From NCBI GenBank assembly GCA_963691875.1, contig OY829846.1:96001-160000 (forward strand): a DNA stretch of 64,000 bases, written 5' to 3'. Positions 32,436-41,185 of the stretch are shown piece by piece. Numbering within the stretch: position 1 is the stretch's first letter; every line of letters starts with the position of its first letter. This DNA is from Aureliella sp. Its GTDB lineage: Bacteria > Planctomycetota > Planctomycetia > Pirellulales > Pirellulaceae. The notes under the pieces are model-generated. The model had not been told where the DNA came from, ran no database searches, and was given only the letters and a program-made list of their open reading frames with translations. Made by a program: the position numbers and the translations under genes.

Positions 32436-33146
32436 CTACCAGGGAATTCCATGCCCCGGAGCAGCGTTCGGCTGAGCTGGTTGTACGACTGGTTGCATTG
32501 GTGGTTGTGCGACTGGTTGCATTGGCGGTTGTGCCATTGGCGAAGGAGCAACAGCAGGTACTGGCATCGCTCCGGGCATATTTGGGACGACCTGTTGTGC
32601 TCGGTCGTATGCACCTGCTTCAACTGCTTGGAAGTCATCGGGGTGGCTTTGTGCTCCTCCTCCCAACTTCTGTCCGTGTCCCAACCACTGGACGTCGCCA
32701 AGAGACAGAGCAATCCCTTGACTGCCCTTGGTGTAGGCGTACATCTCGTACGTAGCACGACCGACGCAGCCGCCGTAGACAAGCCCCATCTCCTGGGTGC
32801 AGATTGCCAAGTTGTTGTCGTAGACAATTGGCTTATGTGAAGTATCCGACCGCAACCGAAGGATGATCTTGCCCATCGAGTGAGGGTCACCCGTAATGTT
32901 CCCGTCGATGAAGCAACTACGCCACCCTGCTGGAGTCCCAGCGGGCCATTGCTGAGCCTTTAGTGTTGCTTCCTCTTGCTGCATCCGCTGCAGCACCTGC
33001 GCAACTTCTGGGTTCTGAGGATCACAAATAATTGCAAGAGAATAGACGAGGTCCCCTTGTCCTTGGTACTTTGGTTCGGGGGTGAACAACTTGGGGTAAC
33101 TCAAGATCCCGATCGGAGTCTGTTTGCGGCGCCTAGTTTCTGACAT
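32436..33146 (-). CDS. DUF2815-like ssDNA-binding protein
   Basis: LSYPKLFTP, YSLAII, VYGGC, YAY, GIALSL..VQ...G..LGG; Pro/Gln tail. Confidence 0.85.
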   Translation of the reverse strand: MSETRRRKQTPIGILSYPKLFTPEPKYQGQGDLVYSLAIICDPQNPEVAQVLQRMQQEEATLKAQQWPAGTPAGWRSCFIDGNITGDPHSMGKIILRLRSDTSHKPIVYDNNLAICTQEMGLVYGGCVGRATYEMYAYTKGSQGIALSLGDVQWLGHGQKLGGGAQSHPDDFQAVEAGAYDRAQQVVPNMPGAMPVPAVAPSPMAQPPMQPVAQPPMQPVVQPAQPNAAPGHGIPW

Positions 33147-33148
33147 AT

Positions 33149-34282
33149 CTATTCCTGTTCTGGTTGAGTGTCAAAAGGTACTGAAGTATCGGATGGTTGG
33201 TCGTTCGTGGTTACAGGAACCAGCTTTTGGCCTGTAACATGCCTCTCGGTACGTTCGTCTAAGAAAGCGTCTCTCTCCTGCTTTGGCACTTGTAGGTCTT
33301 TCAGGAGGTTCTCGATCTGTCTCGGAGACTTCAGTGAGCTCTCAGTTGCGTCGTTGAAGTTCACTCCTAGATCCGCTAGTTCCCGTGCTATGGCTTGCTG
33401 TCGTTTCTCGTCTCCTAGCCAAGCCCGGTTGGACTTCTTGTCTGCCACCTTGTAGCCGGGCACAGCAACTCCGGTTCGTCCGGCGTAGATTAGCCCCGTC
33501 TCGCAGTCCTTGAGGAAATTCCGGATGACGGTTGCCATGCTGTGAAAATGCAACATTGTGGCAACCTGTTGTTCATTAGGTGTGCTGTTGAGTGCGGTGT
33601 CTCTGATCAGTTCAATGCGATCCGCAAGCGCTTTGCACTGTTTTTTCGCGAGAGGACAAAAACGACAGTGGTCCCCCGGCTCAAAGTGATTGTTCTGTTT
33701 GATCTCTGCGATGGTTCGTTCGAGAGAGTCGATGTCCGTAGCCGCGTACTCAGCGTGTTGGATCGGGTCAACTGCGAAGCTTCGAGGTTGCACCACCGTG
33801 CCTCGGTATACCGTTGGGTCGAGTACACAGTAATCGCGCAGGATTGAAGCGTAGCCACGTACCTGCAGATTGTTTTTCGCTGTGACTGGAACACCTACTC
33901 CAGCCTTGAAATCAACAATATGCAGAACAACTTCATTGCCCTCGGTGTAAAGAGTGGCATAGTCGGACGTCCCGCCGAAGTCTTCAATGGTCGAGTGAGC
34001 CAACGTTGCCTCTACCCACTCTTGCACGATGCGCTTGTTCTGCCGGATCTCAGACACTTGACCGACAAACGTTTGACACGCACGAAGCAACTCCAGATCC
34101 CCTCCGACCGACTCAAGCGTCACTCCAGTACCGCTCTTGTTGGCTTTCTCGCATGCAGCGTGCGCAAGGTCTCCCTCGCTGCTGTATTCGCTGTCATTGC
34201 TCACGCCTTGAGCAGCACCAAGACTGGCAGGGCAGTTAACCAGTCTTGAAAGCGAGCTTGGGCCGATCGGAAAATGTTTCAC
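33149..34282 (-). CDS. DUF2800 Cas4-like PD-(D/E)xK nuclease
   Basis: GPSS....NCPAS, EG..AH, GTSD, VDFKAG, Q...Y, VQPR, PGDHCRFC; probable GTG start at 34282. Confidence 0.88.
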   Translation of the reverse strand: MKHFPIGPSSLSRLVNCPASLGAAQGVSNDSEYSSEGDLAHAACEKANKSGTGVTLESVGGDLELLRACQTFVGQVSEIRQNKRIVQEWVEATLAHSTIEDFGGTSDYATLYTEGNEVVLHIVDFKAGVGVPVTAKNNLQVRGYASILRDYCVLDPTVYRGTVVQPRSFAVDPIQHAEYAATDIDSLERTIAEIKQNNHFEPGDHCRFCPLAKKQCKALADRIELIRDTALNSTPNEQQVATMLHFHSMATVIRNFLKDCETGLIYAGRTGVAVPGYKVADKKSNRAWLGDEKRQQAIARELADLGVNFNDATESSLKSPRQIENLLKDLQVPKQERDAFLDERTERHVTGQKLVPVTTNDQPSDTSVPFDTQPEQE

Positions 34283-34314
34283 GGGAAGTTTACCGCTAAA
34301 GGGAATTGCAAAAA

Positions 34315-34788
34315 CTACGACGCTGGGATTAGCTGCTGCGTAAGACGAGTCAGCTCCTCGTGTGCGGTCATCACAAGCTCCGCAGGACACTGAGAGAGTT
34401 TCACAATGCCAATACGGTTCACCATTTCCATAACGTGCTGAGCATGTCCAGCATTCGAAAGGTCGGTCGCGAGTTTAATTAAGGTGTCCGTGTTCGCTGC
34501 ACCCGCTGGAGCCGGAGCCGTTGCCGGGGCAGGCGCTGGAGCGACTGCAGTTGGAACAGGCTGAGGAGCAACCGTAGCAGGAGCTGGTGCTGGCGCTGGA
34601 GCAGCTGCCGTCGGAGCAGGCTGAGGAACGACTGCCGGAGCTGGTGCAGGCGCCGGAGCGACTGCTGGGGCAGTCTGTGCAACTGCTTGCAACGTAGCAA
34701 TGTGCGGTTGGATCGCTGACTCGAAAGCTTCGAGCTCTGTCTGGGAATCAAAGGAGTAGCGCAGTTCAAACGATTTGGAACTCTTCAT
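34315..34788 (-). CDS. Ala/Pro-linker protein in the position usually found upstream of DUF2800
   Basis: AP-rich linker and C-terminal helical domain (IGIVKLSQCP). Confidence 0.75.
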   Translation of the reverse strand: MKSSKSFELRYSFDSQTELEAFESAIQPHIATLQAVAQTAPAVAPAPAPAPAVVPQPAPTAAAPAPAPAPATVAPQPVPTAVAPAPAPATAPAPAGAANTDTLIKLATDLSNAGHAQHVMEMVNRIGIVKLSQCPAELVMTAHEELTRLTQQLIPAS

Positions 34789-34821
34789 GGTTGTTGAGCA
34801 CTTTCAGAAATGGGTAGTTAG

Positions 34822-35091
34822 TTACTGAAGAACGTTTTTGATGTTTGAATCCGCAGCTACAGGAGCAGCAGATTCGCATTTGTCGTAGAATCCGAGAAAA
34901 CGGATATCAGCGGAGCTGTATTTGCGTAGATTGGTGTCAAGCCAGTCTTCCACAGCTTTCTCATTGTCTCCAGCGTCTACTTTCAAAACGCGGAGTACTT
35001 GTCCTTGTTGGATCAGAGCAATCCGTTGAGGCGAAGCAGACTTCTCCGCGTGGTTCGCTCCGTAAAAATGTTTGGATGGTTTATCGGGCAT
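34822..35091 (-). CDS. Phage hypothetical protein
   Basis: Operon position, 89 aa. Confidence 0.6.
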   Translation of the reverse strand: MPDKPSKHFYGANHAEKSASPQRIALIQQGQVLRVLKVDAGDNEKAVEDWLDTNLRKYSSADIRFLGFYDKCESAAPVAADSNIKNVLQ

Positions 35092-35101
35092 AGCCTTGTC
35101 C

Positions 35102-35350
35102 CTAAGCAGGAGTAAATCGAACAGCCAGTACTTTGTTGGATAGTTTTCGGGTCATCACTTCGAACCCATCCTCCCTAGCCCGAAAGCAGACGTAGGAACG
35201 GAAATGCTCGACTGAACGCTTGAAGTCCTTGCCTTGTTTCAGTTCGTGCCATTCTCCATCCTGCCAATCGCTCCAACGGTACTTAGAGCCTCGTGCCGGA
35301 TAGTCTCGGTCAGTTTTCTTCCGTGTCTTGCGATGCGGCATTGTCTGCAC
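35102..35350 (-). CDS. Small basic putative DNA-binding protein
   Basis: SKYRWSDWQDGEW..; operator-like motif 5 bp upstream. Confidence 0.6.
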   Translation of the reverse strand: MQTMPHRKTRKKTDRDYPARGSKYRWSDWQDGEWHELKQGKDFKRSVEHFRSYVCFRAREDGFEVMTRKLSNKVLAVRFTPA

Positions 35351-35546
35351 TTTGCGGTAAATTTCCCGGGTTTGTTTGCGACAAGTTTACAAATGTTCTA
35401 TGCCTAGTCAATGTCGTTAACTGTAATAAGCTGCGATTTTTGAGGTTATTTACCAGAAATTTCCGGGGAATTACGTTTTCTTTTCCCGCAGCGTGCTGTA
35501 ACATCCTGTAACGAGCTGTTGTTTGATCCTAAGGAATTTTTGAAAC

Positions 35547-35873
35547 ATGGCGTACAAAGAATACTCTCTCGCGGACTTAGAAGACTACCAAGCCTGTCTT
35601 CAGCGAATGATAGATCATCTAGAATCTATCAAGGAACACTGCGAGGAATCGCATTACGGTGCGGCGTATGCTCAACTGGGATCAATGGATGTGTATCTTC
35701 CGAGGTTGGAGGTTGTCGCTCAAACAGCATTACAAAAAGTTGAACTTCTCGGACCTCTCGGCTTGCCCGAGAAATACAAGCAGAAAAATGACACGCTGCC
35801 GGACCCAGCAGAGATCCGTGTGAGGAAGTCTGCTCGCAAGAAAACCAAAGCATCTAAGAAGAAGAAGCGGTAG
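35547..35873 (+). CDS. Small helical protein with basic tail, divergently transcribed
   Basis: AAGGA RBS; divergent from 35350 across an AT-rich spacer. Confidence 0.65.
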   Translation: MAYKEYSLADLEDYQACLQRMIDHLESIKEHCEESHYGAAYAQLGSMDVYLPRLEVVAQTALQKVELLGPLGLPEKYKQKNDTLPDPAEIRVRKSARKKTKASKKKKR

Positions 35874-36165
35874 TTTCAGCAACTTGCGAACACTGTAAAA
35901 CCAGCGTTTCTAAATCCGCTGCACAACTTTGTCGAAAATCCGCGACCTGTTCAAAGAAGATCCTAGCCATAGGTAGGTAGAGTAGACCTGACACAGACTC
36001 TTCGAGAGTCTCATTACCGACGCGGAATTTCCCGTCCTCGAATCGCAGAGGACAGCCAAGGTAGGTGATTGACTTGTCGCACGTTCTATCTGCTAGAATC
36101 CGCTCCAGGTGATGTATATCATGACGCATTTCGTCGGGGATGGTGAAGTCAGGTTGAGTTGTCAT
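35854..36165 (-). CDS. Phage hypothetical protein
   Basis: 103-aa ORF. Confidence 0.55.
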   Translation of the reverse strand: MTTQPDFTIPDEMRHDIHHLERILADRTCDKSITYLGCPLRFEDGKFRVGNETLEESVSGLLYLPMARIFFEQVADFRQSCAADLETLVLQCSQVAETTASSS

Positions 36166-36445
36166 GCTTGAAAGTTCCGTCGAAAATAGGTTCAGAATGT
36201 GGTGCCAAGAGATGGGCTTGCTGTGTCTGAAAATGGAAGTCCCGCAACAAAAAGGCTTCCCGGATCGAATGGTGCTCGATCAATACGGCAACACAACATT
36301 CATCGAATTAAAACGTTCGGTTGGTGGTAGAGTTAGTCCTCATCAAGCGTATTGGTTTGAAAAGTTGAGCGGTATGGGATTTGTAGTGGGGTCTGCTTGC
36401 AATCTGGACGAAGCAATCCGACTTGTGGTCCTTGCTAGGTTATGA
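36164..36445 (+). CDS. VRR-NUC nuclease
   Basis: ESSVE, GFPDR, FIELKR, SPHQ. Confidence 0.88.
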   Translation: MLESSVENRFRMWCQEMGLLCLKMEVPQQKGFPDRMVLDQYGNTTFIELKRSVGGRVSPHQAYWFEKLSGMGFVVGSACNLDEAIRLVVLARL

Positions 36446-37813
36446 AGCAAGTGAGTGTGGGTAGTTTGCTTTGAAGTGATCTATCATTGCTTCTTGTTCG
36501 GTCGCTTTCCGCTGGAGTTTTCGTAAGATCGGACGGTCCAAAGTTCCTGGCGCCATGAGGTAAAAAATGGTCACGGGTTTAGTTTGCCCTGTCCGATCCA
36601 ACCGGCAGTTCATTTGGTCATGTGTGTCAGGCGTGTCGGTCAGAGTTAACCACACCAGCATTGAACTGCCGTGCTGCAGTCCGTCTGTTCCGTGTGAGAG
36701 AGCGTCAGCTTGACCGCACAGGAGAGGATGTACCCCCAGCTGAAACTCATCAATGAGGCGCTGAGTCTCTTCCGCTGATGTTTGTCCATCTATCGTTGGC
36801 ACTTTTCGTCGGGCTATTCTTCGAATTGCTTCGATCTCGTGGGAGTACTGGTAGGCACACAAAACCGGCTCAGGCGATTCCTCTACCAGATCCAACAACC
36901 GTTTAATCTTCTGGTCATGTAGTTCCACTACACAGCGATTTTCATCATAGAATCTGCCCGAGGTGATTTGGCGGCAGCGGTTGTATTTCTGCGAACCACT
37001 GAATACATAATGATGCTGTCCTTGAAACTCTGTGAACAAATCTTTTTCGATTTCTCTGTAATACTTTTTAATGCTTGGTGGCAACTCAACTTCGAGTTCG
37101 ATGTAATGAACGTTTCGACCGTCCTCAGGTGGCAGTACCGACTTGTCTTGGCGTAGGTACCAAGGTGATAGCAGTTGGTTCAAGTGAGGAAGGCTTTCAT
37201 AATTGAAAAGCCACTCGCGGTTCTCAAAGCCCCCTCGCCGCATGAAACGATCGCGAAAAGCTCCTACCGTAGCACCTAGAGTTCTGCCTTTGTCGAGCAG
37301 AAACTGCTGAGCAAAGAACTCCGATGGACAGTTAGGTGCAGGAGATCCAGTGAGCAGAAGTGCATATGGAGTCTTCGCCGCAATGCGACGGGCACCTTTG
37401 GTTCGACGAGCAGTCCAGTTCTTGTACTTGGAGCTTTCGTCTACCACGAACATATCCCAGTCATGGTCAAGTAGCTCGGTACGATGGACGCTGTCCAGCG
37501 ACAGACCATAGATACCAGCTCTGTTTTCAGCGAGCTGCCGATTTCGGGCTGCTGGAGTGCTCTTCAAGAGTTCCACCGGAAGCGCGCATCCCCACTCCGT
37601 TGCTTCTCGTTGCCAGTGCCTGAGAACTTTTTCTGGTGAGACAACCAACACACGACGCACACCTTCAATACAAGCCATCGCTGAAACCAGCCTCAAGGCA
37701 ACTCCTGTCTTACCGAGACCAGGAGCGGCTAGGTAGCCTTGTCCACCCAACTGTCGAAGGTTGGGAAACAGGTAGTCAAATGCATCACGTTGGTGAGAGC
37801 GAAACTGTTTCAT
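36440..37813 (-). CDS. SNF2-like helicase
   Basis: HQ, PGLGKT, VVDES, LTGSP, Q...RLDRTGQ. Confidence 0.92.
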   Translation of the reverse strand: MKQFRSHQRDAFDYLFPNLRQLGGQGYLAAPGLGKTGVALRLVSAMACIEGVRRVLVVSPEKVLRHWQREATEWGCALPVELLKSTPAARNRQLAENRAGIYGLSLDSVHRTELLDHDWDMFVVDESSKYKNWTARRTKGARRIAAKTPYALLLTGSPAPNCPSEFFAQQFLLDKGRTLGATVGAFRDRFMRRGGFENREWLFNYESLPHLNQLLSPWYLRQDKSVLPPEDGRNVHYIELEVELPPSIKKYYREIEKDLFTEFQGQHHYVFSGSQKYNRCRQITSGRFYDENRCVVELHDQKIKRLLDLVEESPEPVLCAYQYSHEIEAIRRIARRKVPTIDGQTSAEETQRLIDEFQLGVHPLLCGQADALSHGTDGLQHGSSMLVWLTLTDTPDTHDQMNCRLDRTGQTKPVTIFYLMAPGTLDRPILRKLQRKATEQEAMIDHFKANYPHSLAS

Positions 37814-37904
37814 CAGTGCAACGATTCTGGGTGTTAGCTGGCAACAATGACGGTGGGGCAGTTTAAAGTGACCAAGGACACGTTTGGTCCATTTTTGGAA
37901 AACG

Positions 37905-37996
37905 AAAAAAGCCCTCTAACTGTGCTAGCCGAATGTCACCCCGGGTAGCAGTTGAGGGCTGGTGTTCTGTGTTTTTGGGGCTTTACCCGGGGTGAC
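37905..37996 (-). promoter_or_regulatory. Leader with overlapping alternative stems and a terminator (attenuator-like)
   Basis: 13-bp perfect IR 37935-37947/37984-37996 interleaved with stem 37910-37922/37949-37960 plus U6. Confidence 0.6.
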
Positions 37997-38143
37997 GCTG
38001 TAATATTACTCTGGTCGCGTAACTTGTAAATCCCTTTTAGGAATAAAAATACGTAAAAGAGAGTGGGAACTAGTACTCAGGTTATTTGGAATTTTTTTCG
38101 CGGCTTCCTATCTGAGACGGTAGATTTTTGGTAGCATTTTGAT

Positions 38144-38728
38144 ATGGCTAGACCTTCTGGAATCCAACTCGTAGACATCAAGGCACTGAGCGAAGTCAAT
38201 GACTCGCTTCAGAACTGCATCGACATTTGCGAGAAGGCGATTGAATCGGCAGCGGGCAAGAAAGAGCTGCCTTGCAAGAACTTCAAACAAGCCGTCAAAG
38301 GCTGGGGGCAGTTTCGTGCCTTTGTTCAGTTCATGGCTGGTGCCGCAAACACTGCCAAGGTTGACTTGGAAACAAATGCAATCGCCATCTCCGTAGAGAA
38401 GCAGTCTCGTGGTAGCGTCAAAACCACAGACGCAAAGAATCTAGTTGCAGCAATGAAGAGCTATCTTGCCCTTGTGCAAACAGCTACATCAACGTGCCAG
38501 AAAAACGACATCAAGACGCTTGACGCGCAGAACTTTAGACAAGCCTTAGAAGGCTGCGCGAGTTTTGCGCAGTTTGCACGTTCACTTGCTGGAAGCCTGC
38601 ATGTTCAGCCTATCTTGGATGCGTTCGTAGCCGCCAGAGGCAATGTATTCATAACCGCTAGAGAGAAAGCGGAGATCAAGAGAGCCAGAACGGCGGCAAA
38701 CAATCTTGCCGAAGAATTCTTCAACTAG
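38144..38728 (+). CDS. Helical protein with internal duplication
   Basis: KNFKQAVKGWGQFRAFVQFMAG vs QNFRQALEGCASFAQFARSLAG. Confidence 0.7.
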   Translation: MARPSGIQLVDIKALSEVNDSLQNCIDICEKAIESAAGKKELPCKNFKQAVKGWGQFRAFVQFMAGAANTAKVDLETNAIAISVEKQSRGSVKTTDAKNLVAAMKSYLALVQTATSTCQKNDIKTLDAQNFRQALEGCASFAQFARSLAGSLHVQPILDAFVAARGNVFITAREKAEIKRARTAANNLAEEFFN

Positions 38729-39063
38729 CTTGGCAGGAAGATTAACCGGAGAGTCTCTGGCAGCTTTGGGGTCTTAAAGAATTGGTCACGCCAAATTTTG
38801 AACCAGAGCGGAGGAACCTGATCAGAAAGCTTCGTAATCTTTCGCGTGCGAAGGTCGACTGCGTACACCACCCAAGGGTGCTCAGCTTTGGCCAGATGTT
38901 GCGCTCGATAGATCGCCGCCGCCTTCGCATGTGGAAGAGCAAACACTGCTCGTCCAGTCATCTCTTGCCATTGCTTGCGAAGAGCAAGGGCGTCTTCCAT
39001 CGCAAGTTTGAGATCGAGGACTGGCTTTATGGAATCCTTTGTTAGAAAAGCTACTGTCCACAC
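38725..39063 (-). CDS. Phage hypothetical protein
   Basis: 112-aa ORF. Confidence 0.5.
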   Translation of the reverse strand: MWTVAFLTKDSIKPVLDLKLAMEDALALRKQWQEMTGRAVFALPHAKAAAIYRAQHLAKAEHPWVVYAVDLRTRKITKLSDQVPPLWFKIWRDQFFKTPKLPETLRLIFLPS

Positions 39064-39164
39064 GATGTTTTCTCGTAAAGGTCCGGAAAATAACCCTAGT
39101 GACTGTGGATTTTACGCCGTAAGATGATGCTTGCAATACCCAGACCACCTACTTTGAGGGCAGC

Positions 39165-39755
39165 ATGAAGAAAGCACCATACTACAGCCGCTTCGATCGG
39201 TCAGACTTAATCCCGAATAAGGTAGAAGAGCTAATCGAAGATGAAGATGCCCTGGAGGTAATGCAGCAACAGTTTGAGGAGATGGCCGAGAACGCCCGGA
39301 TTAGCGAAAACCGATGGCGACCCAAGAACCGAATCCTGGTTGCAGGGCTAATGGCAGTGTCCTCCTTTGCTGGCTTTCTTGCTGCCGACTACTTTCAACT
39401 CCGCCTTTTTTCCACTAGCCCCCAGCCTGAGATAGATGGTACACCTGTGACTGAACTAGATAAAAGCTTTCTCCGGGGTAATCGCAAGGCTCTAAGCGAT
39501 TTCAAAAAGAATCTTGCAGAAGCCACAGCGAATGATGACGGAATGAAGCTAAGAGGGATTCTGGAGCGAGCTGAAATGGCAAGAAGGCTCGCCGGGGACG
39601 ATCCAGACAAGCTAAAAGAGCTTAACAAGTATGTTATCGGGGAAAGAGTAAGCCCCATAGGCGAGCCAAGGACGGCAAAGCAAAGTAACAAACCGCTCAA
39701 GGAAGTGCAAAGCGATGAATCTGATAATCCTGACTCTGGGGTTGATATTCGGTAA
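39165..39755 (+). CDS. Single-TM protein, paralog of 21771..22172
   Basis: GAGG RBS; RWR..I + TM + GNRKALSDFKKNLA. Confidence 0.75.
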   Translation: MKKAPYYSRFDRSDLIPNKVEELIEDEDALEVMQQQFEEMAENARISENRWRPKNRILVAGLMAVSSFAGFLAADYFQLRLFSTSPQPEIDGTPVTELDKSFLRGNRKALSDFKKNLAEATANDDGMKLRGILERAEMARRLAGDDPDKLKELNKYVIGERVSPIGEPRTAKQSNKPLKEVQSDESDNPDSGVDIR

Positions 39756-40041
39756 TGGAACTGTCTCATGTTCTGAGTGCGCAGCAGAGCTTTTAGCGAT
39801 GCAAAATGCTCAGGCCATCTACGACGCAGCTTATGACAACGCCCAGGATGCACTGGATGCGTACTTTACAAATCCGACTCAAGAGAACTACGACGCCTGG
39901 GTAGCTGCTGCCGCAGTACTAGTGGTGTCTGAAACGGCGCTAACGAATGCCCAGCAAGCTTATGCTGACTGCATGCTTGAGAATGGTGGCGGCCCAATCG
40001 AAGACGATTTACTGAGAACAACAGTAAGCATCCTAGAGTAA
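39715..40041 (+). CDS. Secreted 108-aa helical Cys protein, paralog of 22277..22603
   Basis: Signal peptide, CSECAAE, NPTQEN, DC...GGPIEDD...TVSILE. Confidence 0.75.
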   Translation: MNLIILTLGLIFGNGTVSCSECAAELLAMQNAQAIYDAAYDNAQDALDAYFTNPTQENYDAWVAAAAVLVVSETALTNAQQAYADCMLENGGGPIEDDLLRTTVSILE

Positions 40042-40057
40042 CGCATGCTTGCAAACG

Positions 40058-40105
40058 AGCCCTGTTCGACCTGCCTGGGCATTGTTGGTCGGACAGGGCT
40101 TTTTT
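40058..40105 (+). terminator. Intrinsic terminator
   Basis: AGCCCTGTTCGACC..GGTCGGACAGGGCT-TTTTT after 40041. Confidence 0.75.
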
Positions 40106-40121
40106 CATTCGCCTGTTCTGG

Positions 40122-40910
40122 TTAGAAATAGAGCTTCTGAGGGTCGATCGCGACGTTGTTCTCCTCTGATATGTGAGAACAGTAGGTTTCGCTGAGTTCG
40201 ACAAGCGTAGCGATCCGATTGATCCTCTCTGCGACCCGTAAGGTAACTCCAGTTCCACCGAAGCAGTCGAGCACTGTTTCATTTTCTTTTGTCGAGAACC
40301 GGATGACTCTCTCGATCAGTCCCTCATGCAGCTGGTTGTCATGCCATCTGCGCTTTTGCTTCGAGTTACCAGTGACTCGCGGATAATCGAAGACAGTGTC
40401 GTCTTCATCTAGTTGCCCAGTTCCGTCGTAAACGTCACCAGGAACTTTGCCTTGCTTGGAAGCTCTTTTGTCACCATTCTGCAAACGCCATGACGGGATC
40501 AGGCACTGCTCGGGGTATTTCTTCGCCTTTGGAGCAAACAGCCGCCACAATGGACGATGAGCATTCCCCAGCTCGTGTTTGTTGTGTTGGTAGAAAGTAA
40601 AAGTCTGCACGCAAGGTCGAAAGAGAAAACCGTGTTTTACAACGAGAGAGTCGACCAATGAAGCGAATGAGAGTAAGTGGCGGGAATTGAAAGACAACCA
40701 GACTCTATGTGAGACTTGGCAGGACAAGTCAAGAGCATCGCTAACTAGCGAACAGTACTCTTCATCTGACCGCTTGTCATCGACTCCTGCATATTTTCGA
40801 CCGATGTTATCAGGTGGGTCCAAGATAACACATTCCCATCTTCTGCCGGATTGCACTGCCCTTTCTAGGTACTTCACGCAGTCTTCATTGATGAGTTGAT
40901 GTGCGACCAT
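40122..40910 (-). CDS. N4C/N6A DNA methyltransferase (beta class), orphan
   Basis: EDC, DPPDN motif IV, H..Q, VLDCFGGTG motif I; probable ATG at 40910. Confidence 0.88.
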   Translation of the reverse strand: MVAHQLINEDCVKYLERAVQSGRRWECVILDPPDNIGRKYAGVDDKRSDEEYCSLVSDALDLSCQVSHRVWLSFNSRHLLSFASLVDSLVVKHGFLFRPCVQTFTFYQHNKHELGNAHRPLWRLFAPKAKKYPEQCLIPSWRLQNGDKRASKQGKVPGDVYDGTGQLDEDDTVFDYPRVTGNSKQKRRWHDNQLHEGLIERVIRFSTKENETVLDCFGGTGVTLRVAERINRIATLVELSETYCSHISEENNVAIDPQKLYF

Positions 40911-41043
40911 AACAAAATCCAGAACCGAAAAAAGTAAGGCTTCTGTCACTGTTGTATCGGGTAAGGACTGTATCGCAACAGCATATTACAGAAAAAGACA
41001 GTAATTTACCGCAAACGTCCGTGCGAAGTATCAGCTTGGAACT

Positions 41044-41072
41044 TGACGTTCCGTCTAGGCTCGGGTACTCTA
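41044..41072 (+). promoter_or_regulatory. Sigma70-like promoter of the primase gene
   Basis: TTGACG-17 bp-TACTCT, flanked by TTTACCGCAAACG motifs. Confidence 0.5.
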
Positions 41073-41185
41073 CCGTGGCCTGTTCGGGGGAAGTTTACCG
41101 CAAACGACCCAAGGGCGCAAAAATAAAAGCGAGTCCTGCGTGAACAAGACTCGCTTGATGGATCGGGCACCACCCCTACCAAATT

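Noticed and set aside
33149..34282. Cas4 as part of a CRISPR system
   Set aside because: The context is the standard DUF2800-DUF2815-PolA phage replication module.
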